From NCBI GenBank assembly GCA_051362555.1, contig CM120640.1:66380788-66444787 (forward strand): 64,000 nt of DNA. Reading direction: 5' to 3'. The notes below the pieces were generated by a model. The model was not told the origin of the DNA, made no database searches, and saw only the letters and a list, made by a program, of their open reading frames with translations. Below are positions 26,101 through 39,141 of the stretch, in pieces. Position numbers and translations under genes: made by a program. The first letter of the stretch is position 1; the number at the start of each line of letters is the position of its first letter. Source of the DNA: Lingula anatina. Its lineage: Eukaryota; Animalia; Brachiopoda.

Positions 26101-29019
26101 AGATAGGTCCGTAGTTACTATTGAAGTTGAATAGGAAGTCATATACTGGCAATCTAAATGTGACCTTAAAATTGACCTTTGACCTACTTTACACCATGAA
26201 CTGAATTTTGCAAATTTTGCTTTCCTTTTATCTCCAAAACTGGCTGAGATAGGTCCATAGTTACTATTGAACTTGAATAGAAAGTCATATACTGGCAATC
26301 TAAATGTGACCTTAAAATTGACCTTTGACCTACTTTTCACCATAAACTGAACTTTGCAAATTTTGCTTCCCATTTATCTCCAAAACTGGCAGAGATAGGT
26401 CGATAGTTACTATTGAACTTGAATAGGAAGTCATATACTGGCAATCTAAATGTGACCTTGAAATTGACCTTTGACCTACTTTTCACCATGAACTGAACTT
26501 TGCAAACTTTTCTTCCCTTTTATCTCCAAAACTGGCTGAGATAGGTCTATAGTTACTATTGAACTTGAAAAGTAAGTCATATACTGGCAATCTAAATGTG
26601 ACCTTAAAATTGACCTTTGACCTACTTTACACCATGAACTGAATTTTGCAAATTTTGCTTTCCTTTTATCTCCAAAACTGGCTGAGATAGGTCCGTAGTT
26701 ACTATTGAACTTGAATAGGAAGTCATATACTGGCAATCTAAATGTGACCTTAAAATTGACCTTTGACCTACTTTTCACCATAAACTGAACTTTGCAAATT
26801 TTGCTTCCCTTTTATCTCCAAAACTGGCAGAGATAGGTCCATAGTTGCTATTGAACTTGAATAGGAAGTCATATACTGGCAATCTAAACGTGACCTTGAA
26901 ATTGACCTTTGACCTACTTTTCACCATGAACTGAACTTTGCAAACTTTTCTTCCCTTTTATCTCGAAAACTGGCTGAGATAGGTCCATAGTTACTATTGA
27001 ACTTGAAAAGGAAGTCATATACTGGCAATCTAAATGTGACCTTAAAATTGACCTTTGACCTACTTTTCACCATTAACTGAACTTTGCAAATTTTGCTTCC
27101 CTTATATCTCCAAAACTGGAAGAGATAGGTCCATAGTTACTATTGAAGTTGAATAGAAAGTCATATACTGGCAATTTAAATGTGACCTTAAAATTGACCT
27201 TTGACCTACTTTTCACCATTAACTGAACTTTGCAAATTTTGCTTCCCTTTTATCTCCAAAACTGGCAGAGATAGGTCCATAGTTTCTATTGAACTTGAAT
27301 AGGAAGTCATATACTGGCAATTTAAATGTGACCTTAAAATTGACCTTTGACCTACTTTTCACCATTAACTGAACTTTGCAAATTTTGCTTCCCTTTTATC
27401 TCCAAAACTGGCAGAGATAGGTCCATAGTTTCTATTGAACTTGAATAGGAAGTCATATACTAGCAATTTAAATGTGACCTTAAAATTGACCTTTGACCTA
27501 CTTTTCACCATGAACTGAATTCTGCAAATTTTGCTTTCCTTTTATCTCCAAAACTGGCTGAGATAGGTCCGTAGTTACTATTGAACTTGAATAGGAAGTC
27601 ATATACTGGCAATCTAAATGTGACCTTAAAATTGACCTTTGACCTACTTTTCACCATAAACTGAACTTTGCAAACTTTTCTTCCCTTTTATCTCCAAAAC
27701 TGGCTGAGATAGGTCTATAGTTACTATTGAACTTGAAAAGGAAGTCATATACTGGCAATCTAAATGTGACCTTAAAATTGACCTTTGACCTACTTTACAC
27801 CATGAACTGAATTTTGCAAATTTTGCTTTCCTTTTATCTCCAAAACTGGCTGAGATAGGTCCGTAGTTACTATTGAACTTGAATAGGAAGTCCTATACTG
27901 GCAATCTAAATGTGACCTTAAAATTGACCTTTGACCTACTTTTCACCATAAACTGAACTTTGCAAATTTTGCTTCCCTTTTATCTCCAAAACTGGCAGAG
28001 ATAGGTCCATAGTTGCTATTGAACTTGAATAGGAAGTCATATACTGGCAATCTAAATGTGACCTTGAAATTGACCTTTGACCTACTTTTCACCATGAACT
28101 GAACTTTGCAAACTTTTCTTCCCTTTTATCTCGAAAACTGGCTGAGATAGGTCCATAGTTACTATTGAACTTGAAAAAGAAGTCATATACTGGCAATCTA
28201 AATGTGACCTTAAAATTGACCTTTGACCTACTTTACACCATGAACTGAAATTTGCAAATTTTGCTTTCCTTTTATCTCCAAAACTGGCTGAGATAGGTCC
28301 GTAGTTACTATTGAACTTGAATAGGAAGTCATATACTGGCATTATAAATGTGACATTAAAATTGACCTTTGACCTACTTTTCACCATAAACTGAACTTTG
28401 CAAATTTTGCTTCCCTTTTATCTCCAAAACTGGCAGAGATAGGTCCAAAGTTACTATTGAACTTGAATAGAAAGTCATATACTGGCAATCTAAATGTGAC
28501 CTTGAAATTGACCTTTGACCTACTTTTCACCATGAACTGAATTTTGCAAATTTTGCTTCCCTTTTATCTCCAAAACTGGCTGAGATAGGTCCATAGTTAC
28601 TATTGAAGTTGAAAAGAAAGTCCTATACTGGCAATCTAAGTGTGACCTTGAAATTGACCTTTGACCTACTTTTTATCATGAACTGAACTCTGCTAATTTC
28701 TTTCTCTTTTAACTTTAAACTTGACAGAGATAGGTCCATAGTTACTCTTGAACTTGAATAGGAAGTCATATACTGGCAATTTACTGTGACCTTGAAATTG
28801 ACCCTTGACCTACCTTACGAAGAACTTAAATTTGATTGTACCATATATATTTTTTGCAATAGTTTAAAAATTCTTGTTGATTGCATTTTTACAGCTTGTC
28901 AAGCACAAAACTGGCGGCTGTGTCCCTTATTTTGTGTATGTGGGGGTCTATACGAATGCGTTTGCTCCAGCTGGTGGTACAATATTTGGAGGCGGTATCG
29001 CCTCTCTGATCCTCTAGTT
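23176..29019 (+). mobile_element. HINE-like element, copy B, with greatly expanded internal satellite
   Basis: Same 5' (about 1 kb) and 3' (about 210 bp) modules as copy A; inserted about 300 bp after the PTER copy 2 stop codon. Confidence 0.87.
24180..28812. repeat. Tandem satellite array, 146-bp monomer, about 32 units
   Basis: Unit TTATCTCCAAAACTGGCAGAGATAGGTCCATAGTTACTATTGAACTTGAATAGGAAGTCATATACTGGCAATCTAAATGTGACCTTAAAATTGACCTTTGACCTACTTTTCACCATGAACTGAACTTTGCAAATTTTGCTTCCCTT. Period measured as 146 in copy A (18611 to 18757); repeated ORFs here are spaced 438 and 1314 bp apart. Confidence 0.97.
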
Positions 29020-30685
29020 GAGAACTCTTTTTATACATCGATAATAGCATAGTTAATCCCATGTGCAAAAATAAAGAAGTTGGCACTCAGTATACATAAC
29101 TTATCATTTTACTAATAACATGTAGGTGCTTATTATCAGTGAAAACTAAAAGGTAAATGGGGTAATTTTGGAAAGGGTGGAAGTTGTGATGTATTTGCCA
29201 TATGTGAAATGAAGTAGAATGCTTACTTAATCATAAGTTGTTATAAATTTATGAATTTTAACTTAGAAGTATTGAAAGGGGCCTTCTCATATGGAGGCAT
29301 GAAGAATAGATTTCGTCGTTGAAGTAAAGCTGAAGATGACATTCAAATTAACCAATATAAAAATAATAGTTTTTATCCATCAGCAGTACGTATTTTTAAT
29401 GAACAAAATGTATTTTAATAATACCATTGTATTACATATTATCGACAGATCATACCAATTTTCATTTTATACTTGTATAAATATGACAATAAATTATTAT
29501 ATAAATTGCAATGATTAGGAACAAATACATCTCTGCATGAGTATCAAACAAGGCAACAAAGTTATCAAATGAACAGACAAGAAAGGAAAACAGTGGTGCA
29601 CTTAATAGGTTATTATGTCAATTTTAATGCAATATTACATAATGGCATTATGCAACCAAATCATTAACAGCAATATCAACAAAAAATATCAAGTGTGCAT
29701 AACAGGTGACTAGCAAATGACCTCGGTCCCGTAAGAGTTCCAATCCACAAGTTGATAATCCCAAATGTGATAAATGAATATTTTCCAATGGAAGAACGTT
29801 TAACTGACTGGTTTTCCAACTCGAGCTGTATTTTAGTTCTAAGAATCATTTTTTGCAAGTTTGGGCATAATAATTAACATTTTATTCCCTTTATACTGCT
29901 TATGTCGACAGTGCACAATTTTTTGGTCAGTAATATATTATGCTTAACAGTATAACCATCATCAATTATTCATAATATACTATTTGTATCATGAAAATGT
30001 AAAGGCTGAGTCGTTATCAAGATCACCGACGCCATCTACGAAACTGCTCTGACTTACGGGCTTACATGTACGATTTTAAAAAAATGTAAAAAGGGCTTGA
30101 GCTTGACAAAATCGTAGCAAGCCTGTGAATTGGTATGATTTCGTACGATTTTATCTCTCCATATCGCAGTAAAACTGATTGCAATCTGCAAGAATCCACG
30201 CAGAGTTGGATCGATCTGCGGAGATAGATTGTGTCTGTTGGAATGGGGTCTAATACTCTACATGTAGTCCTGCACTGGCTTCTGTTGTATGACCAATTTA
30301 ACAAAAGTAATAAAAGAAAATGTTGTTTTATCGTTGAAAAAGAGTGTTTAGAGCGCTACCAATCAGCTGTAACCAGCGCAAAACAAGATGAATAGCATAC
30401 TAATCTTTTGCTCATGGGCGCTTCATAACAAAAATCGAAACGATTTTAAAGACGACTGCTTGTATTGATGCCTAGTGCACTTGTTATCAAAACGGTGCAG
30501 AATGACCGGCCATCAAGGGACTACGTTGTTTATGACAAGAATTCTCGCCTGACCTTGTTTACCTCTTGAGCGATAATTTATACTTATCTTCGTCAAGCAG
30601 TGACTGGGGGCTGTGACACTTCGATCAGTGAGTGGGTGCTAGTAATACACAAGTTCAGAAGTTTCTCTGGCAAGCACTTGTAGAC

Positions 30686-33600
30686 ATGGGACCGTTTCGT
30701 GGCAAGGTTCAGACAGGTAGGTTTGCTTTCACTTTCGGAAGTTGTAGTTAAAAAGGAATGCCGCGAAGGACACAGATGGTTTTCAGGTCAAAATTAAACA
30801 CACACAGATACTTGATATCGCCCTAGAGTTCTTGTGTAATTGAAAACTATGGTAAATTTTGTTTGTGCCGCCGAATATTACATCGTGTAACTTAAAGAAT
30901 CATTCCTATTGGAACTATCGATCTAACGCCGCTGTAACTCTCGCTGAATGCAGACAGATTAAGGGATTAACACGCCTCCTCCTGGAGTAGATTACAGAAA
31001 AGTAATGATTATACGAGTACGTTAGAAACAAGAGGAGGCGTGTTAATCTGACTCTATCACCCCATTTCCATAGATTTTTAGGTCGATCTATCCCTGTGGG
31101 GAGTCTCACTAGATTGCTGTCAGTTTGGCCGGCTTAAGCGTCTGTCCCGCCTACTAAAAGCTGTAAGGGGGTAATTAACTATGGTGCCCGCTCGGCTGAC
31201 TGCAATTTAGCGTGAACCCCCAGGGAGTTAGGTCGATCTAAATCTTAATCTTTAGATCGATCTAAATCTCTGGGAAAGCACCCTATGCATCGAGAGTCTA
31301 CGCGGAGTTGGATCGATCTATGTATTCCGGTAGTTTCATTGGGAGTCATCCCTAAGGCTATTAAGTTGGATGCATAAGGGGGTTATTGACAGAGTTACGG
31401 GAGAAATAAAGACTGGAAGAATTAAGGAGACAGACGAGGATTACAATGTTTATAACTAGAGAGGCAGCGAAAGTTCAGAGGCTGGAGTTTTCACATAACA
31501 TCATGTAGCTACAGAGCGTTCAGCAAATAAAACGTATCACTGGTCATTATTGTTTGTACCTGATTTTTAAAATCTTTTTTGATTTGAGTGTGTGCGGTGC
31601 GTGTGTGTGTGCGCGCCCGACTTCATACGTTTTGTCTGAGAGTACGAACCGCGGAATCTTCAGATTGCGTTTTGTGTAAAGTAAGTAATGTCTCTTTTCG
31701 AGCCCAAGCTTAAATTAACCTAATTAAGCTTTACTAAATTTACAGAAGTCAAGGACATTATGTTATATATGTAAAAGTTCATTACAGGCAGAACACCAGG
31801 TTGTATTATATTTTTCTCTTTTTACATAACCCGTATTGTATGGTAGTTACGTCCAAAGAGTTCCTTCCCTTCTCTCACTCCCGGCTTGGACCTAAATACT
31901 ATAGAGATTTATTTAGGTCCAAGCTCCCGGTCAAGGATTTCACAAGAATTATAATGCGAAAATGTTATCTTGGAATCCATATTTATCGATTAAAACCCCA
32001 AAGTGTGGGGGTCGTCTTTTTCTCCAATGTGACGCATAAGGATCTTGTAGAGACAGATTTTCGCCACATTTAGTTTATAAATACGCATAAACACGTAGGT
32101 GAATTACAAATTGGATGGCAAGTTCCTTTCTGAACAAACAACTGGTAACTGTTATAACCCCGACCCTAGTTCAAGAATACCGATAATGAGGCAGCTTTGT
32201 GTTCGTACAAGGGTTTATTTAGCCACCGTACAGCCAAATTGATAGATTTCAAGTTATTAGCTAGGATGTATGCCATGGTACAGTGTACCCTCTACCAGGG
32301 TCACAAGCGGATTTTTTCTATTCACTAGCTGTGTGCATTTCTGTTTTGTTGGTTTTTTTTCTTATTTATAATGATGGCATCATTTTTCAGCTGGCCTCTG
32401 ATGTAAATGTAAAGTAAGACCTCATTCCCATATCTAGATCGATCTAGCGGTCCATCTCCGAGGGGATTCTTACTAAATTGCACTCAAGCGTTTTACATGT
32501 CTGGCACGCCTACTGAAGCTGTTAGGGGGTACATGTAACTATCGTTTAGCAGCCTCAGTAGGTGTGCCAGACTTCCAAGCCACTTAAGTTGAGTGCAATT
32601 AAGCGAGAATCCCCTTCGAGATGGACCGATCCCGCTAGATGGGGTCTAAGTGTATAGATAACCGTATGCATTAATGCCAGCAGTCGACACAAATGGTCGT
32701 TGAAAGCATATGAAGTAACCATACTTCGAGAGTTTGTAACTCCACCGAGTAAAACGACTATTAGAACCCTCTGTTGCTACTCTCTTGCTCCAGGGTCGCT
32801 GCTAGACGGGTCAAGTGATATCATTGGGCATTTGCTACCTGTACCTATTTGGTTACAGCATTTAGACAGAATACCGATTTGGGGTAACAGTGTATAGATT
32901 CACTGTTAGAACAACGTTACCCTTATAGCAATAAAAACCAACGTATTTATTTTCTCTCTTTGTAAAATTTCGTCCTTGTTCACTTTTATATTGGTAGTGC
33001 CAGTTTAAAACCACATGGGATCTAATTTAGTTTTAGGGTGTATTGACCCCAGTGAACTGGGAATAACGCTACCACACGAACATTTATCGTCAGATTTCAC
33101 GTGTGCGTTCTCCCCACCGCATCCAGGCGATGAAGACAGGATCGACCTTCCACCGTCCCTTGAGAACATGGGCTGGGTTATGAGATACCCGTATGTATAC
33201 CACACTGCTAAGCAATTATTTTTGTAGACGTTTTGCAAGCTGCATTTGCCTTTTTTATTTATTTCATTTTTTCCAAATTATTGTACCACCAGCGTAGGCG
33301 CTGGCGGTACACATGGTTTTAGTCCCGACCCGTATGTTCCGCCGGCTCCGCCGCCAAGTCACCGTTACCGCTTCTCCTCCTAGACTACTAGAGCCTGCAT
33401 ACCCATCTCTTGGATTTAGGTCACCTATAATCTCAACTCATTCCACGTAAAATTTGGGCTTTGTAGGTATTGGGGTCTAGGTGTGGCACTCATTGCAATG
33501 CACCCTTGTCCAAAAATGGCAAAATTAAATGCTAATTATCTACCCTACGGAAGGAATTATGGGAAAAATTTCTACAGACGGCTTTCCAAAAGTCATATGT

Positions 33601-35124
33601 GTAGATTTCAAATATGCCCTTGGATTTGACCTTTGACCTTTATTTCAAGGTCAAATGGGTCAAAATTTTCAAAAAAACGAATTTTTTTACGAAAAAAAAA
33701 TTATTTGCGCTGTTATTCAGACACCACACACACTTAACCAATAATATTATTGGAAAGTGTTACCCTTCGGGTCATCTTTCATCTCCATGAATTTGGGGTC
33801 AATCGGTGCATTTTCACGGGAGTAGCGGCCATAAGATACCGAAACTGAAAACTGTCTCTAATTTGGGAACCGTTAATGCTAGAGACCCATTCTTTTTTGC
33901 ATTTTGTAGAGCATGCAAAGCCCAACACTGGAGGTGGTCTCCGTTTTTTTGTATTCCATACGGTTTTCGAGTTACGTGGTATCAAAAAGTACATATTGGT
34001 GGTGAGAGCAAAATGTGCAGTACGGTAATGGATAATAAATTTTGAACTCCGGAAAAATAAAATATAAGGCTTGGCGAGGCAGACAACTTGTGGTCAAAAA
34101 TGACATTATTTCATCAAATTTGAACATCTGGAACTTCAGAGCACCTCCCATTTCAAGAATTTTGACCAAAATGACCATTTCTTTATTTTTATTATTTTTT
34201 TCTGTATGAAATTTATGGCTCATTATTGTAACTCCAAAATTATAACATTTAGTCCCTTATATCTCCAAAACTGGCAGAGATAGGTCCATAGTTACTATTG
34301 AACTTGAATAGGAAGTCATATACTGGCAATCTAAATGTGACCTTGAAATTGACCTTTGACCTACTTTTCATCATGAATTGAACTTTGCAAATTTTGGTTC
34401 CCTTTTATCTCCAAAACTGGCAGAGATAGGTCCATAGTTACTATTGAACTTGAATAGGAAGTCATATACTGGCAATCTAAATGTGACCTTGAAATTGACC
34501 TTTGACCTAATTTACACCATAAAGTGAACTTTGCAACTTTTTAATGCTTTTATTTTCAAAACTGGCAGAGATAGATCCATAGTTACTATTGAATTTGAAT
34601 AGAAAGTCATTAGAGGCAATTTACTGTGACCTTGAAATTGACCTTTGACCTACTTTTAACCATGAACTAAACTTTGCAAATTTTGTTCCCTTTTATCTCC
34701 AAAACTAGCAGAGATAGGTCCATAGTTACTATTGAACTTGAATAGGAAGTCATATACTGGCAATCTAAATGTGACCTTGAAATTGACCTTTGACCTACTT
34801 TTCATCATGAATTGAACTTTGCAAATTTGGTTCTGTTTTATCTCCAAAACTAGCAGAGATAGATCCATAGTTACTATTGAACTTGAATAGGAAGTCATAT
34901 ACTGGCAATCTAAATGTGACCTTGAAATTGACCTTTGACCTACTTTTCATCATGAATTGAACTTTGCAAATTTGGTTCTGTTTTATCTCCAAAACTAGCA
35001 GAGATAGATCCATAGTTACTGTTGAACTTGAATAGGAAGTCATATACTGGCAATCTAAATGTGACCTTGAAATTGACCTTTGACCTACCTTACTATGAAC
35101 TGAACTTTGATTGTACCATTTTTA

Positions 35125-35221
<97 letters not shown>

Positions 35222-37890
35222 CCGTGATTTCAGAATTTTTTTTTTTTTTTTTTGCATATTTTGAGGATTCTTGTTGATTGCATTTTTTACAGCTTGTCAA
35301 GCACAAGACTGCTGGTGGTGTCCCTTTTTTTTGTGTGTGGGGGGTCTATACGATCGCGCTTACTCCAGCTGGTGGTACAATATTCGGAGGCGGTATCGCC
35401 TCTCTGATCCTCTAGTTACTAAAAGCCTTCAGTTCATGTCTACAGAGAACGTCGAAGTTTCATTACTTCCTTCTGTGTTTGTAAGTATTCTTTTTTTTTT
35501 TTTTTTTTGTAACTTGTGTCAATAAAATTGGTTTTTCTTTGAATGTGTTATGTACATATACATGTAGTTGTGTGAGTGTACATTCGTGCATTGATAAACA
35601 AAAGCGAAAATTCCACGATTTTTAAATAGATACAGCAACAAACCAAACATGATCTTCAACGACGATGCTACACATTCTGCCATACTTGAGGAAACGATAA
35701 CGTTTAAGGTAATACTGTGCTTTTGATGAAAAGAGTAAAAACAAAAGACCCGTTCTTTTGATAACTATTTGTATGCCTACTGGTATACTGTGTAGCCTAT
35801 TAATATGACATTTCTGAATTTAAACACTTTATAATTTATAATTAAGTTATTGCGATTCATTTAAATTACGTGTAGCTTTTGAAATAGACCGTTTTCGTTT
35901 CTTTTAAGGGTTTACTTACATGAACTTAGTTTATTCACGACCTATTGTTTACCATATGGATTTTACCTGTATATTATGTTTCGTATCACTATATTATTAA
36001 ACTTATTTCAGCGTCTCGGTGGAGGGACTATTGTAGAAAATACAACTGGCGATATGCTTCGCAACGTGGAATTCATGAAAAAACTTTCTGAAGAGACGGA
36101 TGTTCACATTGTAGCTGGAACCGGTACATTTTACCTAGACAAATCTAAAATTAAGTTTTACTATTTTTGAGTTCTTCAGTAAATGTGTTCTAGTAGTTCA
36201 GCGTTAGTTCATAGATAGCAAATTGATATGATCCTAAATTTTGTCGATTTTGAAAATGTCTCTACTCTCCTTTCACCCAGCAGATATTTTGTAACGCAGG
36301 TTTCTACTTGGAATCAGTTCACCCCAAGGGTATGGATACCTTTAAGGTGGAGGATATAGTAGAGATGATGAAAATGGACTTTCTGGTCGGATGTGACGGG
36401 ACAGACATCAAGTGTGGAGTTATAGGAGAAATCGGATGCTCTTGGCCATTACATGGTATACAATAGTGATACAGGTCTAGTTTTCAGATTCAGTTTTAAT
36501 TTCTTTTTTCATTAGCTTGTCACATGTATTATCTATTCGTTTATTATTACTGTATTCCATTTTTTCTTTGGGTGTGTGTGGTTGAAGAGGGTGGTCTCAT
36601 CATGCACAATTGTAAACAATAAAGTAATTGATATTCTTTAAGGATTACTGTGTTTTTCTTATCGACCGGCAGAATTCAGATTTTAACAAAATCCAGACTT
36701 CTATTTTAAGAAATGAAGTAATTTAGAATTTTAACTTTCATTTTTTAAAATGAAAGTTCCGTCCCAAAGTTAAGAGCTATTTGTTGCGCTCCAGTAAATG
36801 AAAAGAAGTGCCTGTTGGCCACGGGGGAGGCTCAGGCGGAACTTGGCTGTCCTGTTATCATCCACCCTGGGCGCCATAGCCAGTCCCCAGCCGAGGTCGT
36901 CCGAATATTACAGGAGGCCGGAGGAAACGCTGAACATACCGTGATGTCACATCTGGACAGTAAGGGACCGTTCACAATGTATTTGTCGACGTAGTTTATG
37001 AGCACTAACTCCACGGGGGCTCCGCTGGGCGCTACCAGAATAGACTAGTTAACACGCCTCCTCTTGTTTCCAACGTACTGGTATAATAACCAGGTTTTCT
37101 ACGTATTCTCTACTCAACGCCAGAACTGTCTTCTCAATTTGTTTCGGATGCTTATGTACATTCTTATGTCAACTACATAGACGCAGTAAACACCTTTTCA
37201 AGGCTAATCTTAAATTTACGATCATATCCAAACATCAATTCTACCTAACTAGTTTCAATAATAATGGCACATAAAACAACACATAAATATATTTTCTGTT
37301 AGTCAGTTAAAAAAAGACGGTTTGTTTGCCAAATAAGTTTATATGTCCGTCTTATTTCATAAATGATATTCTTTTACATTTACATTTAGGAACTTTCCAT
37401 AATGACGAGGAACTATTGGAATTCGCGGGACTAAGAACCTATCTAGAATATGATCACTTTGGTATTGAGATAGCGGACTGGCAGTGCGACCCGACCATCG
37501 ACATGCCAAACGATGGAGAGAGAATACGCAGGATAAAGAAATTGTTTGCCAATGGTTTTAACAAGGTGGTGATCGCACACGACTTGCACGCCAAGCATAT
37601 GCTGGTTTGTTCATTCAACTCCTTGGTTTATTTAAAAATAATCATGTTTTGGGAAAATTCGTCTATTATACTACCTGCTAAACCTCCTGATCATCAATGT
37701 TATATGCGAAAATGTCCACAATGAGTTAAAAAATATCTTAATTAATTTATTTCAGCAAAGGTATGGTGGACACGGGCTGACACATATTCTGAAGAACGTT
37801 TTACCGCAAATGAAGCGCCGTGGAATCAGCAGTGAACAGATCAACACGATGCTGGTGGATAACCCAAGGGAGTGGCTGACAATGATATAG
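30686..37890 (+). CDS. PTER: Phosphotriesterase-related protein, copy 3 (350 aa, 8 exons)
   Basis: Exons 30686-30716 ([10 protein letters not shown]), 33031-33190, 35630-35708, 36012-36123, 36300-36455, 36795-36959, 37390-37604, 37756-37890; motifs [26 protein letters not shown] and IAHDLH are intact. Confidence 0.95.
30966..31048. repeat. Small inverted-repeat element with a second partial copy at about 37049-37100
   Basis: ATTAACACGCCTCCTC ... GAGGAGGCGTGTTAAT; a reverse-complement copy of the right half lies in PTER copy 3 intron 6. Confidence 0.6.
32445..32630. mobile_element. Palindromic MITE-like element, with a relative at about 31075-31245
   Basis: CGGTCCATCTCCGAGGGGATTCTTACTAAATTGCACTCAA ... 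TTGAGTGCAATTAAGCGAGAATCCCCTTCGAGATGGACCG; the core CCTACT..AAGCTGT.AGGGGGTA...TAACTAT is shared with about 31150-31183. Confidence 0.6.
33278..35417 (+). mobile_element. HINE-like element, copy C (about 6 satellite units and an expanded TA tract)
   Basis: Same termini and modules as copies A and B; satellite at about 34255-35090; (TA)n at 35128-35218. Confidence 0.87.
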
Positions 37891-39102
37891 AGTCAAGTCA
37901 TATAAATACTTACCTAAACCATTTAACATAAGGACTAATAGTGCCTTGTTTCTTGTATATGAGCCAAATTTTAATGAACAATTAAATTTTGACCTTTTCC
38001 TGTATTTTAATCAGCGAAAACACAAAAACGAACTGTATGCTCAACTAACGCAATTTGCAATGCTTTATCACGAAATGTCGCTAAATATTGCATTCGCTGA
38101 GTTTTGACTTGTGTTAGATTTTCAAATAAATCAGTTGGCCATTCACTTACACCAAAGCGTTCTAACTTATTCAGATCACATTAACTGTGAATTAATGTAG
38201 GACTAGGCCTACTTAATACTGTTTTCTGGTCACCCCAACGGTAGGCCCCTATTATCAATACGAGATCTTTAAAATTGTGATTGTGTAAAAGGGGGGACAA
38301 AGACCAAAAGGGAAAATGAAAAAAAATATGTTCCATATTTCTAAGATTGTGTCAAACTGCAGTGTCATATTTTCAAGTGTTTTTCAGTTTATACACCTGT
38401 ACCTATCATGATCATAAGCGATTAAATTTTGAGTGCGTGCGTAACGTAGCCTACCTGTGTTAGCGATGCTTTCGGATACACCGTCGACTGGTAGTAGACC
38501 CAAACAATTTTTTAACAAATAATAAACGGTTTTTGTATCATTAAGATAAACTCACATCTAAGTTTTGATTTAGTGTTAAAACTTAGCTCATCTTTAGTTA
38601 TTGTTGCAGAATCGGTGTCGATATTGTTCATATTTTTGCTAGAGCACGTGTGTAGGCGCAGTAATTTTTTTCTTATGGTAAGGACATTGATTCTCGCAAT
38701 GAGGTGAGATTTTATGTATTATTTAGTTGTTTAGACAGTTAATGAAACTCTTGTAATTGCTGTAAGTCGTAATTATAAGGTAATTGAAATGATTTTTTTT
38801 CTTACTTTGTTATCTTTCGTTTATTTCAGTTTTTACGTATCGATGTCCAGAGACAGAAGAGCAATAAATTGATTAGAAAAGCATGAAAGACTAAAGAAGT
38901 TGCTTCTTCGCCACATTTAGCTTAATGACACGGATAACTATCAAATCTATTGCCATAACAACTCGGTTTGACGCTGCCGCCAGGATGAATCATGCGCACC
39001 GACATATCATATGGTTCTTCCTGTTTTGCAAGGTTCTTATTAGGCGTTAACACGAACTGAGGAATGCATTTTGATTTTAAATGTACAATCTAAATGGATT
39101 TA

Positions 39103-39141
<39 letters not shown>

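Noticed and set aside
24724-28387. Repeated minus-strand ORFs ([23 protein letters not shown]...)
   Set aside because: Chance translations of the satellite; the unit length is not a multiple of three and stops are frequent.
24180-28812. CRISPR-like regularly spaced repeats
   Set aside because: Whole 146-bp units repeat head-to-tail with no unique spacers, there are no cas genes, and the context is eukaryotic.
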